Below, piece by piece: positions 14,624 through 24,600 of a DNA stretch of 64,000 nt (the first letter of the stretch is position 1; each line of letters opens with the position of its first letter). Both the position numbers and the translations under genes were made by a program. The DNA lies in IMG/VR virus record IMGVR_UViG_3300046777_002658, positions 1 through 64,000 of that record. One strand, 5' to 3'. A model generated the notes under the pieces. It was not told the DNA's origin and made no database searches. It saw only the letters and a program-made list of their open reading frames with translations. The stretch is from a virus.

Positions 14624-16774
14624 TTATGGTGTAGGTTCCTCTTTTGCTATAGCCTTAATATTAAACTCTCCAGAAATTATGTATCTAACTCCTACAGGAG
14701 CAATCCAGTCTAGAGCTGCTGATAGACCTGTAGGAATTGGGCTTTTTGTACTTAATGAAACGAGCCCTGTAAAGTTTTCTAGAGGCTCAACAAATTTATC
14801 TCCTGATAAACTACTAGCAGTGTCGTAAGGAAAACCTGGTATTGGTCTTAGCTGTGATTGATTTTTATTAGTAGTCAAAGTAGAAAAGATTCCTTCTTGC
14901 TCTCCAACTGCTTGCTGCTGGTAATAAGCTATTGCTCTATACTCTAACTCTTCAAAATACAAATGATTAAAAGTTTTGTTAGGAGCGGTGTAAGTGTTAT
15001 CTTCCAAGCTCTGCAAAACAGAGTATAACTCTGGGTTATTGTAAGTCTGCTCAAAGTCAACTTTTAACAAGGTAGCTAATCTCTCTTTAACAGAAAGATT
15101 AGGTTGCCTGTACAAAGTGTCTAAAACAGATCTAGAGACCTCCTCTGATAGGTAACTAGCTAAAGGGAAGACAAGTTTTAATAACTCAGTTAAAATAAAA
15201 CCTCTAGAATCTAGAAGAGGTAGTCTGACCAAGCTATATCTTAAAAACCAAACAAAGTATGATTGTGAGTAGGCATACAGTAAAGCACCAATGTTTGTAG
15301 ACCTGTCTTCTTGAGCTTCTACACTAGACCAAAAATCACCGTCTGGTGACATTCTAATAAGTTCTTCTTTGCAGTAAGAAGTGTAAGCAGAGGCTTCTAC
15401 AGCATACAAATTAAAAATAGCGTCTGTGGTTAGTAAAAAATTTGTTACACCACAAGCCACAGGGGTTAATTCATAAATCTCAAGTTGTGTCTGTTCAAGT
15501 AGCAAAGCCTCGTCAGACGTATCTAAAAGCAAACTTGTTACCCAGCTAGGTGTAGTTAAAGAAGACTGTTTCACTAGAGCAGCAACTAAAAAATCAGAGC
15601 TATCAGTAACACTTGTTTTATAGCCATAATAGATAGAAAAGAAGCTATTAAAGTCATGAGGTTTAAATTCTAGTAACCACCATAACTTGTAGCTAAGAGT
15701 GTCTAACTGCTCTGTGTCTGTAAAAATATCATAAAAAAAATCATTTAGCTTCAGGGGAGCATTAATAATAGACAAGTATAATCTAGCTGCTTTTTCGTGC
15801 ACTAAACTATCGTACTGAAGTAGTAAGAAAGAGTTAAAGAATAAAGAAGATATGTAACTAGTCTTTAAAGAAAGTTGATAATAGTCATAATAACCGTCTT
15901 CTTGAACACCAGCGCACCAGTAGTTTATTTTGCTAACAGACTCAGCGCAGCAGTAAGCAAAAACTTTTGCAAGCTCTAAAGACTCATGCAGAAAGTTGTC
16001 CAGCAGGTTATCAAAATAGCTTATCTTATTAAGATAGTGAAGACTTTTTGTTATAGCCAGCCCCAACAAAGCATTGTCTAAAACATAAACAGTAGTCTCT
16101 TCTGGAACAGGCTCTAGTGAAGTTAAACCCCAAAAGCCTTCTGTAACTGCCAGTAGTTGCCCTGAAGAGTCTGAAAGCTGCCCGGACTGCTTCACTATTC
16201 TTGTTAGTTCTCTCAACTGACTAACCACTAGTTCAGGTTCATCTAAGGCACAAGCCAAAAGCAAACCCCAAGCCGCTGAGTTGATACTTCTTGTACCGGA
16301 GGACAGGCTAGAGACACAAGTTACACCTGTACTAAAATTAGGAACTTTATAAGAAACTATAGTGCTGAAAGGAAACACAAACTGTACTGTTAAGGCTTTA
16401 TTAGGCAGGTGCACTAGTTTGTGATTATTGTAATCAACAGCAACAGTAGTGCTGGCTAAGTTAGAGTCGTCTGCATAGGTAATTTCTCTTGTCTCTGAGT
16501 CACCAGTTTTAGTAACCTTAAACTCGTTAACAGCTAACTCATAGTAGAAGTTAACAGGTGAGCTCAACAGCAAAGGTGAAGTTACACCCCAAACTTGACT
16601 ATAAGCACCAGATGTAACCTTGTAAGACTCTTCAGTATCAACAGCAGTTATTTCTAAATCCCGGTGTTGCTCATCTTTTTCAGAGGCTATCGAACTAGGT
16701 GTTAAAGTAAACTTACTATAGTAATTTAAAGAGGCTTGGTTACAAAAAAACCAAGCTGGCAAATATGGTTTCAT
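14624..16774 (-). CDS. Probable baseplate wedge subunit
   Basis: Directly downstream of the baseplate J-like gene; C-terminal LDWIAPVGVRY resembles gpI/gp7-type ends. Confidence 0.5.
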   Translation of the reverse strand: MKPYLPAWFFCNQASLNYYSKFTLTPSSIASEKDEQHRDLEITAVDTEESYKVTSGAYSQVWGVTSPLLLSSPVNFYYELAVNEFKVTKTGDSETREITYADDSNLASTTVAVDYNNHKLVHLPNKALTVQFVFPFSTIVSYKVPNFSTGVTCVSSLSSGTRSINSAAWGLLLACALDEPELVVSQLRELTRIVKQSGQLSDSSGQLLAVTEGFWGLTSLEPVPEETTVYVLDNALLGLAITKSLHYLNKISYFDNLLDNFLHESLELAKVFAYCCAESVSKINYWCAGVQEDGYYDYYQLSLKTSYISSLFFNSFLLLQYDSLVHEKAARLYLSIINAPLKLNDFFYDIFTDTEQLDTLSYKLWWLLEFKPHDFNSFFSIYYGYKTSVTDSSDFLVAALVKQSSLTTPSWVTSLLLDTSDEALLLEQTQLEIYELTPVACGVTNFLLTTDAIFNLYAVEASAYTSYCKEELIRMSPDGDFWSSVEAQEDRSTNIGALLYAYSQSYFVWFLRYSLVRLPLLDSRGFILTELLKLVFPLASYLSEEVSRSVLDTLYRQPNLSVKERLATLLKVDFEQTYNNPELYSVLQSLEDNTYTAPNKTFNHLYFEELEYRAIAYYQQQAVGEQEGIFSTLTTNKNQSQLRPIPGFPYDTASSLSGDKFVEPLENFTGLVSLSTKSPIPTGLSAALDWIAPVGVRYIISGEFNIKAIAKEEPTP

Positions 16775-16776
16775 TT

Positions 16777-17847
16777 TTAACCTGGGTAAGAAATCTCTAA
16801 GGAAGATAATAAAAGAACTTGGTCTATGTCAGCCTTTAAGTCAGAGGTAGGAGATTGAACCTTTAAGTTTTGTACAAGAGGTCTAACTAATTGGTCAATC
16901 TTACTTAATGGAATACTTTCAGCTATATCTAAGGAGCTAACATAGTTGTTAATAGTAAAAGATATCTGCTGTGTAAGCAAAGACAAGTTAGCTAAAGAGG
17001 AATTAAAAGGTGTTACTTTAAGAGATAAATCAAAAGTTTTTATTCTAGCTTGACCAACAGCCAAAATAATGCCAGCTGGAACAGTTCTTAAAAGATAATC
17101 TCTAAGAGCTTCAAGCTCTGTATTATTAAACTCTTCAAGAGTGTTAACCCATATCTCTACTACTCCACCTACTCTAGTCTTTACATATCCTCTTGTTACA
17201 CCTGGGTATGAGAGAAGTATCTGTCTAAAGAAGTTTTTTGAAGCAGTTTGGTTAGGAGACAATAAAGATGCCAGCAACCTCTGTCTAAAGTAGTCATCAG
17301 GTTCAATATCTCTTCCACCCTGCATAGCACCAGTATAAATATTGTTTGCTAATCTAGCTGTCCCAACTTTAAACACAATAGACGGATAGTTTGTGCTGAA
17401 CAAAGTAGTTCCGGCGGCTATATTATAAGCCGAACCACTACTAGCAGCTTTAATTGACAAACTAACTGTTACGAACCTTGATGTTGTGATACTAGCAGTA
17501 GATATAAACTGTAGACCAGTAACAAGATCTGTTAAAACAATACCTAATGGTAAACTTTGCTCTTCTACGGTTGGGCTGATTAAAACAGTTCCCAAAGCAG
17601 TAGTAGGGCTGTCTCTGACTACAATATTACGAGCAAGCAAATCTAAGTCATCTGCCTGCGCAGTTAAAACATTGCTGGATTCTAAAAAGCTATTAAGCCT
17701 CTGTTCTTGGTCACTTATAACAGAAGCATTGGCTCTAGCTAACACGTAAAAAGGAGAACTTTGGTTAAGGTTTAGGTTAGGAAGAGTCAGCGCCAACGAG
17801 CTTAGAAACTCTGATTGTATTTCTTCTATAGTTCTTTGTTTAAACAT
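16777..17847 (-). CDS. Baseplate J-like protein
   Basis: DDLDLLA..IV.R..PT.A.G, A...GSAYNIAAG, GGRDIEPDDYFRQR, PAGI. Confidence 0.88.
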   Translation of the reverse strand: MFKQRTIEEIQSEFLSSLALTLPNLNLNQSSPFYVLARANASVISDQEQRLNSFLESSNVLTAQADDLDLLARNIVVRDSPTTALGTVLISPTVEEQSLPLGIVLTDLVTGLQFISTASITTSRFVTVSLSIKAASSGSAYNIAAGTTLFSTNYPSIVFKVGTARLANNIYTGAMQGGRDIEPDDYFRQRLLASLLSPNQTASKNFFRQILLSYPGVTRGYVKTRVGGVVEIWVNTLEEFNNTELEALRDYLLRTVPAGIILAVGQARIKTFDLSLKVTPFNSSLANLSLLTQQISFTINNYVSSLDIAESIPLSKIDQLVRPLVQNLKVQSPTSDLKADIDQVLLLSSLEISYPG

Positions 17848-17848
17848 T

Positions 17849-18205
17849 TTATAAAAAAGTAGCTAGTGTTTCATTATTAGCCGTAGAAGATTTAAACAAG
17901 ACTTTGATATTGTTACCCGCAACCTCAACAGACTTAACTGTAATATCAGGGTCTGAGGATAATGATTCTTCAACAACATCAGCAAAGTCAATATTGTTAA
18001 GCTCCCTATCAGGATAGGACAAGTATTGTCTTAAGTTACTGCCAAAAGTAGTGTCTATTACTTTTGTACCTTCAGAAGTTTTTATAGCTCTAGCATAAGT
18101 CAGAGGGAGCGTTCCTAGCCTTCTCTTAACAGAAATAGAGATAACATTGTTGCCCTCTATCCAATCTGCTAGTAAATCACCATTCTCAAAAGTTAAGTCT
18201 TTCAT
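17849..18205 (-). CDS. gp25/GPW-like baseplate wedge (sheath initiator)
   Basis: DLTFENGDL...FGSNLRQYL...LSSDPDI.VKSVEV; sits upstream of J. Confidence 0.75.
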   Translation of the reverse strand: MKDLTFENGDLLADWIEGNNVISISVKRRLGTLPLTYARAIKTSEGTKVIDTTFGSNLRQYLSYPDRELNNIDFADVVEESLSSDPDITVKSVEVAGNNIKVLFKSSTANNETLATFL

Positions 18206-18819
18206 ATAACAAAAGGTAGTTCTTGGTCTTGTGCGTTACCAATACCAACGTACCCTTGTTGAACGTCTAGAATCCATCTTTTTGTTCTAGACCTCTGAAG
18301 AGAAAAAGTATCAGGCTCAAAAAGGCTTACAAGTAGAGTGTATTCTCCTGGGCTCCAACTCTCTCCACCAGTGTACAAGATAGAACCAGAGACTGCTAAA
18401 TCGTTACCAACAACCAGCAACTCAGAGTTATGGTACAGTGACCAGCCTAGCCACCCAGCTTTGTGGTAAGAAGGAACAGAACACTTTATGTTCAAAGAAC
18501 CTAAACTTTTTGTAGAATCAATAACTTTACTTCTGACAATCGGTAGTTCACCGATAGAGTCAATTATCCCTGCCTTATCAGTAAAAATGGCATCTAAGTT
18601 CCCGGCTACTAACTTTACAGCTACTCTAGTGTCTAGAATGTTGGTTACTAATCCTATAGAGTCTGAAAAGTTAATTCTTTGACCAAGCGCCAGGACTAGC
18701 TTAGGATCAATGGTTTTGACATAAATTATAGATTGTTCCACAGATAGAACATATACACTATTATTTACACTAGGTGTAGTGCTGATTAACTGCTCAGAAG
18801 CGGGCTGAAAATTTATCAT
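18202..18819 (-). CDS. Hypothetical virion protein
   Basis: 205 aa, coupled to the gp25-like gene. Confidence 0.6.
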   Translation of the reverse strand: MINFQPASEQLISTTPSVNNSVYVLSVEQSIIYVKTIDPKLVLALGQRINFSDSIGLVTNILDTRVAVKLVAGNLDAIFTDKAGIIDSIGELPIVRSKVIDSTKSLGSLNIKCSVPSYHKAGWLGWSLYHNSELLVVGNDLAVSGSILYTGGESWSPGEYTLLVSLFEPDTFSLQRSRTKRWILDVQQGYVGIGNAQDQELPFVI

Positions 18820-18834
18820 GGAGGAGTAAGAAAA

Positions 18835-19128
18835 ATGATTGTTAGAAAAATAAAAGAATTAGATGTTGTAGCACTCACAGATGCAGAAGTTACAAAAACA
18901 GAAGAAGGAAAGCAGTTAAGGGTAGGTCAGGTTGGTATAGTAGCTTATATGTATAACCAAGACACGTTTATTGTAGAGTTTATCAACAAACAAGATGAGA
19001 GCAAGTTTGCTATCTTAACGCTGCAGACAAATCAAGTTCTTCCTTTACTTTTTTGTAGGAGTAATCAAGAAAGCCACCAGCCATTGTCTACAGATTTAGA
19101 GATAGGTGGTAATGAACTTTCACTATAA
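18835..19128 (+). CDS. DUF4926-family protein, inserted antisense in the baseplate operon
   Basis: KIKELDVVAL...LRVGQVGIV..Y..DTFIVEF....G/S...AIL.L. Confidence 0.75.
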   Translation: MIVRKIKELDVVALTDAEVTKTEEGKQLRVGQVGIVAYMYNQDTFIVEFINKQDESKFAILTLQTNQVLPLLFCRSNQESHQPLSTDLEIGGNELSL

Positions 19129-21011
19129 TCTGTTAGCTCATTCGGCTCTGGAATCTTTGAGGAAGTAGGAACTGGAGGAAGGTCTGCATCCTTAACCTTA
19201 CCTAAACCTAACAGAGCTGTCAGTTTATTAGCTAGTAATTTTTGACCACTAGCCACCAGCTTAGAGGATAAAGAAGATAAATCACCAGAGGCTACTGCCT
19301 TACCAATTTGAGAGGATAACTGACTAGCAGTCTTAGTATCTACTTTTCCTAGTCCCAGTCCTGTCAAGTTTAAGGTTTGTTTAGTGACAGATGAGGTTAG
19401 GGCAGACTTTTCTATAGAACCAAGTGCTTTATGCGCAGTATCACTAGGAAGAAAACTTGATAATTCAGGCAGACCTAGCTGTTTAGTTGCGTTTGTAACA
19501 ACACTAACAGCTGATAGAGGATTAATAGAAATACCTGAAGCAGTAGTAGCAGCAGAAGAAGATAAGCCAGATATGCCCAGACTAGTTAGTGAATTTAAAC
19601 CGCCTAGAATCTTTTTCGAGTCAAGGTCTAAAATGGGTCTGCCAAACCCTCCCATACCAATGTGGATCATTGAGCCACTCAATGAAAGAACTCCTCCAGA
19701 GCTAACACTTGTGGAGGTAGTAGATGACAAGTACATTGATGAGCCAGCGACTAAATTTGTTTCTCCTTTGCTTGTTATATGGTTTTCTCCCTTAGAAGAA
19801 ACAAAAACATTCTTATCAGATACTAAATAAGTGCTGTCTGAGCTTTGCTGCCAGACTAGCTTTCCGGCTCTCACTACCCAGTTATTTTCTATCTTTGAAT
19901 TAAACTGTCCTGCTAGTAATCCTAGTTCTTCTTTTACTTGAATCTTTGCTTGGTCAGCTTGTTCTAGTAAACTACTAGAAACTCTATAAGTGTCATTCCC
20001 ATAGCTGTATAGAGAGTCTGTACAGTAATCAATACTAATCTTTGTCTGCAAGACTGAAAGCTTTTGAGCTCTTTTCCAGCTGTAGGTAGAAACTTGTCTG
20101 TTTAAGTCTGTAACAGATAGATAACTCTTTCCTTGAATAGAAAAATCTTCACACCTTGTGTACACAGAGGGTGAGAAAAAGTCAATTACAGCACCACTAT
20201 TAAACCTAAAGCTATAAGCTTCATCCTGCTTTGTAGTAGTTGACTTACTAAACGAGTGACCACTACCAGAAAAACTAGTTCTAGTCTTTTGCCATAGTGC
20301 CCAAGACTCAAAAGAGGATTGTAGAACAGTTTTATAGCTCTTTAAAGACTCTAGGCTACTAGCGTGCTTATCACTAGAAAAACTCTTTAGCCAGTCTAAT
20401 AAAACAATGTACTCATCATCAATATGTGAGTCTTTGCTTATTAAAGATAGCCCTAAAGAGGAGTTAGAAGCTTCTTCTTTAGAGTTTAAAATACTTTTTT
20501 TAGCTTCACTGCTAAACGTTTGGTGGCTGACCTCTGGTGTCTGAGCCTTCTTGTTCACCAAGCCACTTAAAAGATTACTTTGTGTCTTCTTAGCTTTTCC
20601 TAAAATAGAACTTTGATCTGTTACTAGGTTAGCTGTAACCACAATTACATTGCCAGCATTGTTTAGGTTCTGATATTCTTGGAGACTTATTCTACTGCCA
20701 GAAGAGACGGGCACAGCAGCAAAAGCAGCACTACTAGACTCTTTAAAAGATACATTATATAGACTGTCATTGATCTTTGTTAAAAGAACCTTCTGTGTAG
20801 AGGATAAACTTGAAGAGATTACAGCAATATTAAACTCTTGATTGCTATTGTTATAAACAACTCTTAAGTGTGTACTACCAGAGCATACATAAGAGTCTGG
20901 TCTGATAACTACTTCTGCTAAACTACCTTTGGCTGATTGTAAACTAATCTGCTCGAAGAATAACTGATCTGATAAAAGAACTGGCTGAGAGGGGTCAAAT
21001 ACTTTAGTCAT
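19065..21011 (-). CDS. Baseplate spike-related protein with gp5/VgrG-like beta-helix repeats and Ser/Leu/Gly-rich tail
   Basis: VSSKGENHITSKGETNLVAGSSMYLSSTTSTSVSSGGVLSLSGSMIHIG octad-like repeats. Confidence 0.55.
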   Translation of the reverse strand: MTKVFDPSQPVLLSDQLFFEQISLQSAKGSLAEVVIRPDSYVCSGSTHLRVVYNNSNQEFNIAVISSSLSSTQKVLLTKINDSLYNVSFKESSSAAFAAVPVSSGSRISLQEYQNLNNAGNVIVVTANLVTDQSSILGKAKKTQSNLLSGLVNKKAQTPEVSHQTFSSEAKKSILNSKEEASNSSLGLSLISKDSHIDDEYIVLLDWLKSFSSDKHASSLESLKSYKTVLQSSFESWALWQKTRTSFSGSGHSFSKSTTTKQDEAYSFRFNSGAVIDFFSPSVYTRCEDFSIQGKSYLSVTDLNRQVSTYSWKRAQKLSVLQTKISIDYCTDSLYSYGNDTYRVSSSLLEQADQAKIQVKEELGLLAGQFNSKIENNWVVRAGKLVWQQSSDSTYLVSDKNVFVSSKGENHITSKGETNLVAGSSMYLSSTTSTSVSSGGVLSLSGSMIHIGMGGFGRPILDLDSKKILGGLNSLTSLGISGLSSSAATTASGISINPLSAVSVVTNATKQLGLPELSSFLPSDTAHKALGSIEKSALTSSVTKQTLNLTGLGLGKVDTKTASQLSSQIGKAVASGDLSSLSSKLVASGQKLLANKLTALLGLGKVKDADLPPVPTSSKIPEPNELTDYSESSLPPISKSVDNGWWLS

Positions 21012-22126
21012 AGCAATTCACTTAACCTATAATCAAAGTCATTACCTATAATTTTGCCGCTAGAGCTTAACCAAGATAGGATATCTCTTTCAAGCTCTGT
21101 CAAGGCTTGGGGAGCTTCTAACCTAGTAGAAAATATGTTTAACACAGAGTAAGCATCATAGGCTAAGGTAAAGTATCCAGCTATCTGCTCTTTGATGGGA
21201 TTGTAAGTGTTAGTAGTCTGAAAAACTTCTAAGGAGGTGAGTTGTACCTCTTTGTCTAAGTTTGATAAAGCTATAGCTGCTAGTAAGTATGCCTCAGCTA
21301 TAAAAGCCTGTAGAACAAGTTGGAATCCAGCTGGCTTGAGAATACTTAAAATAGAAGAAGCAATATTACTTAATTTATTATTGTCATTAATAGTTAAAAA
21401 AGGTGTTAAAACCTCAAAGACTTTACTACTGTATTCACCTAAAAATAAACGCTGCTGTAGTAGATCATAGTCATTAATAGATAAACCTTGCCTTCTAGCC
21501 TGCTGTAAAGCAAAGTAGTTTTCGTCTTGACTGGTAAGGGAAAAAAGTTTTTCTGCTTTAAGTTTAATTAGGTGTAGAAAAGAGTTCTCTAGCCTTAAAG
21601 CGACTTTCAACTCTCTTATCCTTTCCTTTGGTAAAAGATCGTAAGAAGTACCTAGCAAACTCCATATAAGTCTGAGGGTGGACTGCATTACCTCCGGTAG
21701 ATAAGCACCTTGGTCTACGTATTGAATATAAAAAGCTAGAGTTCCTAACTCCCCCCAATACTTATTTGGCTGTTCTATAAGTTCTGGGTTGGGAGGAATG
21801 TAATCCCAAATGTCGTCAAAGGAGTTTGTAGCCCACACCTGTTTAGATTGACTTGTGAGGTTACTACGAAGACTAGAAGTAAACTGACAGTTAAACACAA
21901 AAGCATCAGCAGCTTTTGATACTAGATAATCTCTGTAATGTAGAAGAGTTTTGTTTTTACTTTGGTTATAGCTTTTTTCGTATTTAGAGGCTTCCTTGAT
22001 AAAAGCAGATTGCTTAAGAACTAATGTCAATGCTCTTCTCTGCTCTGTGTCAGCTCTACTTTTAGACTCGTAGTCTACTTTCTGTGATAAAGGTGATAAA
22101 GGTAATCCAACATTGTATTCAAACAT
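21008..22126 (-). CDS. Hypothetical tail/baseplate protein
   Basis: 372 aa in the tightly coupled minus-strand operon. Confidence 0.6.
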   Translation of the reverse strand: MFEYNVGLPLSPLSQKVDYESKSRADTEQRRALTLVLKQSAFIKEASKYEKSYNQSKNKTLLHYRDYLVSKAADAFVFNCQFTSSLRSNLTSQSKQVWATNSFDDIWDYIPPNPELIEQPNKYWGELGTLAFYIQYVDQGAYLPEVMQSTLRLIWSLLGTSYDLLPKERIRELKVALRLENSFLHLIKLKAEKLFSLTSQDENYFALQQARRQGLSINDYDLLQQRLFLGEYSSKVFEVLTPFLTINDNNKLSNIASSILSILKPAGFQLVLQAFIAEAYLLAAIALSNLDKEVQLTSLEVFQTTNTYNPIKEQIAGYFTLAYDAYSVLNIFSTRLEAPQALTELERDILSWLSSSGKIIGNDFDYRLSELL

Positions 22127-22128
22127 AA

Positions 22129-22764
22129 TTAATCTTCCTGAGAAAGGTCTAAGCTTGCCCCTAAAACGTAATCATAAAACTCTCTTCTTACAGCTGTTAT
22201 CAATTGTTTATATTTTGCTGGATACTCTGTTAGCACAATACTGCTGTGCAGACCCACTAAGTTAGTAAAAAAAGAAAACAAATCTTTACTTTCATAATCT
22301 AGTAAAAGAGAGGTTAGGTTGGTGTCTACTTGGGCTACAAACTCTATTAAGCTAAAAGGGTTATTGTAAAAGGCATTAATACTATAGTCTGGCAAACCCA
22401 AGTAATTAGTTAGATAGTGTGTTAGCTTTGCAGGTGTTTGCACATCTAATAAAGAATCTAAAAAGAAACTTGTAGGAGCGTACATATCAGCATATATGCT
22501 ATCTAACAAAGGACTAACAGAGGCTGCATCCTGAGTAACTAAATATTTTATACTTATTAAAGCTAATGTAGATTGACCTTTGCCTACTATATAAACCAGA
22601 GAGTCTATATAGCTATATAGACTACTAGTTTTTGTAAAAGCTTTTATACTATTTACTAACTCCCTAGAGTTGGGGACAGAGAATAAATTAAGTTGCCCAA
22701 CCAGACCTTCTGCTCTTACAAACCTGGGTTGAGGCGTAATTAAACTGGTTCTAGCTATTTTCAT
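22129..22764 (-). CDS. Hypothetical tail/baseplate protein
   Basis: 211 aa, coupled. Confidence 0.6.
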   Translation of the reverse strand: MKIARTSLITPQPRFVRAEGLVGQLNLFSVPNSRELVNSIKAFTKTSSLYSYIDSLVYIVGKGQSTLALISIKYLVTQDAASVSPLLDSIYADMYAPTSFFLDSLLDVQTPAKLTHYLTNYLGLPDYSINAFYNNPFSLIEFVAQVDTNLTSLLLDYESKDLFSFFTNLVGLHSSIVLTEYPAKYKQLITAVRREFYDYVLGASLDLSQED

Positions 22765-22766
22765 TG

Positions 22767-24596
22767 TTAAAGAGAGTTAGAGGGTAATTCTTGAATTATT
22801 GTAGGGGGTATAGCGGATTTTTTTTCTGCATCACCGCATGGGTCAACTTTAGTAGAAAGACTGGCTTTTGCTTTTTCCTTTTTAATCTTCTCTCTAGCCA
22901 TTCTAATTCTTTCGACTGTTAAGCCTGATGAAGGTTTGTTTATTAGGTTGCTAATTTCTTTAGCAAGAAAACTAGAGGCTGGCTTCCATAGCATCTTTCC
23001 TAACATACCAGCAGGAGAGTTGTTTTGCTTAAATAAACCACTGCCAGTATTTTCTAAAACAGAGGTTAATTCCACCTGATCAATAGACAAACCACTGTCT
23101 TTTCCCCCAGTCTTAAATCTAAAAGGACCAAAGTTTATTATCTTATTATCATCCTCATCTCTTGTAACCTTAGCCTGAAAGTTGTCAGGCAAGATCTTAT
23201 TTAACTCCTTGCTGCCTAGACTGGTACTAACTTCAACTTCACCTAAAAAATCTACTACGTCACCCAAAGAAATCTTAGTGTTTTCCAGCCTTAAAAAAAG
23301 CTTACCAGTCTCGTTTACTAGCCAAGTTCCATTTTTTACTAAAAACTCTTGAGTTTTAGATATATCTATTTGGGAGGTGTCTATTGTTATATCACCAATT
23401 GATATCCCTAAACTACTAGCTGACACTTGATAAAAATTGGGTAGAAGTTTATTAACCGTCTTTAAGCTGGAGTTAATAAAAGGATTAAAAACTTGACCAT
23501 TAACTTTAACTAGTGAAGTTTTAGGATCATAGTTAAAATCACCAACCCTTACATTAGTTATCACTAGCTGACCTGCTTCGTTCTTCTCAACATTTAGACT
23601 AATCTGCAACTCGTCTGGTAGAAGTTTGTTAATGCTGTCTAGCGCAGCAGAGGTTTCTAAACTAACTAAATCTTGAAGAAGGTTATCTACAAAGCTTCTA
23701 AAGTTATCTTGAACCTTTTTTGTGGCATCTCTTATACAGCCTGTCTTTTGGTCGTAAAACTTAATATCCAGTTCTAGCTCATCGAACAGTTCGTCAAAAT
23801 ACTCTTCTAAAAACGCTGTGTAGTCATCATTAATAGAATTTCTGTCTTCTTGGTTAGCAGCAGCAGGCTTATTTTGGTCCCAGCTAATAGACTCAGAGGT
23901 ATAGGATAAGGTACCAAAAGTAGCCCACTTAATAGCCTGTTCAGCTGCTTCAACTTTATCTAATACGTTCTTAATACTTGTATCTTGTAAGTTTAAAGGA
24001 CTGTCTAGATTGTGATGAACTTCAGAGGTGGAATAGGTTGATTTGATGCCAGGAGTAAACTCTTGAACGTTGCCAACAGGGTCATAACTTGTATAAGCAC
24101 CAGGTTTAGGAGCTACAAACTTTTCGCTATTACCAAAAAAATCATACTTAGGGTAAGTGCAGGTATGAGATAACCCCGCCCATTTTAGAGACTCTGGGTT
24201 GCTAGTGCCTGGTAAACCACCACCAAAATTAGTAGTTGAGCTTGGAACATTCCTGCTGTCACTGTTAAGAACTTTGGGTATTAAAGACTTCCAATTACTA
24301 TGCCCAACAATAATAGCCTGGCTGCTGTTACCACTAAGATACTGCACTCTTACTTTGTCGCCGGGGATTAAAGGGTTAGAGACACCAATATTATTAGAGC
24401 TTTTGTAGTTAGCATCGTAGTAGGCTCTAACATAAGTTCTGCTCAAAGGCAAGAAGACAACTGCTGTACCTTCTAGTCTGTCTAAAAAGCTTACAGACTG
24501 AACTACTCCTTCAAAGGACACATTGTTGTACTGGTTGTAGTAAGCAGTCTGTGCTGCTACCTGCGGTCTACTTCTAAAAGAATCTGTTATATCCAT
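22767..24596 (-). CDS. Spike protein with N-terminal gp5/gpV-type OB fold
   Basis: FEGVVQSV...AVVFLP...PLIPGDKVRVQYLSGNSSQAIIVG directly after the hub gene. Confidence 0.6.
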   Translation of the reverse strand: MDITDSFRSRPQVAAQTAYYNQYNNVSFEGVVQSVSFLDRLEGTAVVFLPLSRTYVRAYYDANYKSSNNIGVSNPLIPGDKVRVQYLSGNSSQAIIVGHSNWKSLIPKVLNSDSRNVPSSTTNFGGGLPGTSNPESLKWAGLSHTCTYPKYDFFGNSEKFVAPKPGAYTSYDPVGNVQEFTPGIKSTYSTSEVHHNLDSPLNLQDTSIKNVLDKVEAAEQAIKWATFGTLSYTSESISWDQNKPAAANQEDRNSINDDYTAFLEEYFDELFDELELDIKFYDQKTGCIRDATKKVQDNFRSFVDNLLQDLVSLETSAALDSINKLLPDELQISLNVEKNEAGQLVITNVRVGDFNYDPKTSLVKVNGQVFNPFINSSLKTVNKLLPNFYQVSASSLGISIGDITIDTSQIDISKTQEFLVKNGTWLVNETGKLFLRLENTKISLGDVVDFLGEVEVSTSLGSKELNKILPDNFQAKVTRDEDDNKIINFGPFRFKTGGKDSGLSIDQVELTSVLENTGSGLFKQNNSPAGMLGKMLWKPASSFLAKEISNLINKPSSGLTVERIRMAREKIKKEKAKASLSTKVDPCGDAEKKSAIPPTIIQELPSNSL

Positions 24597-24600
24597 ATTT

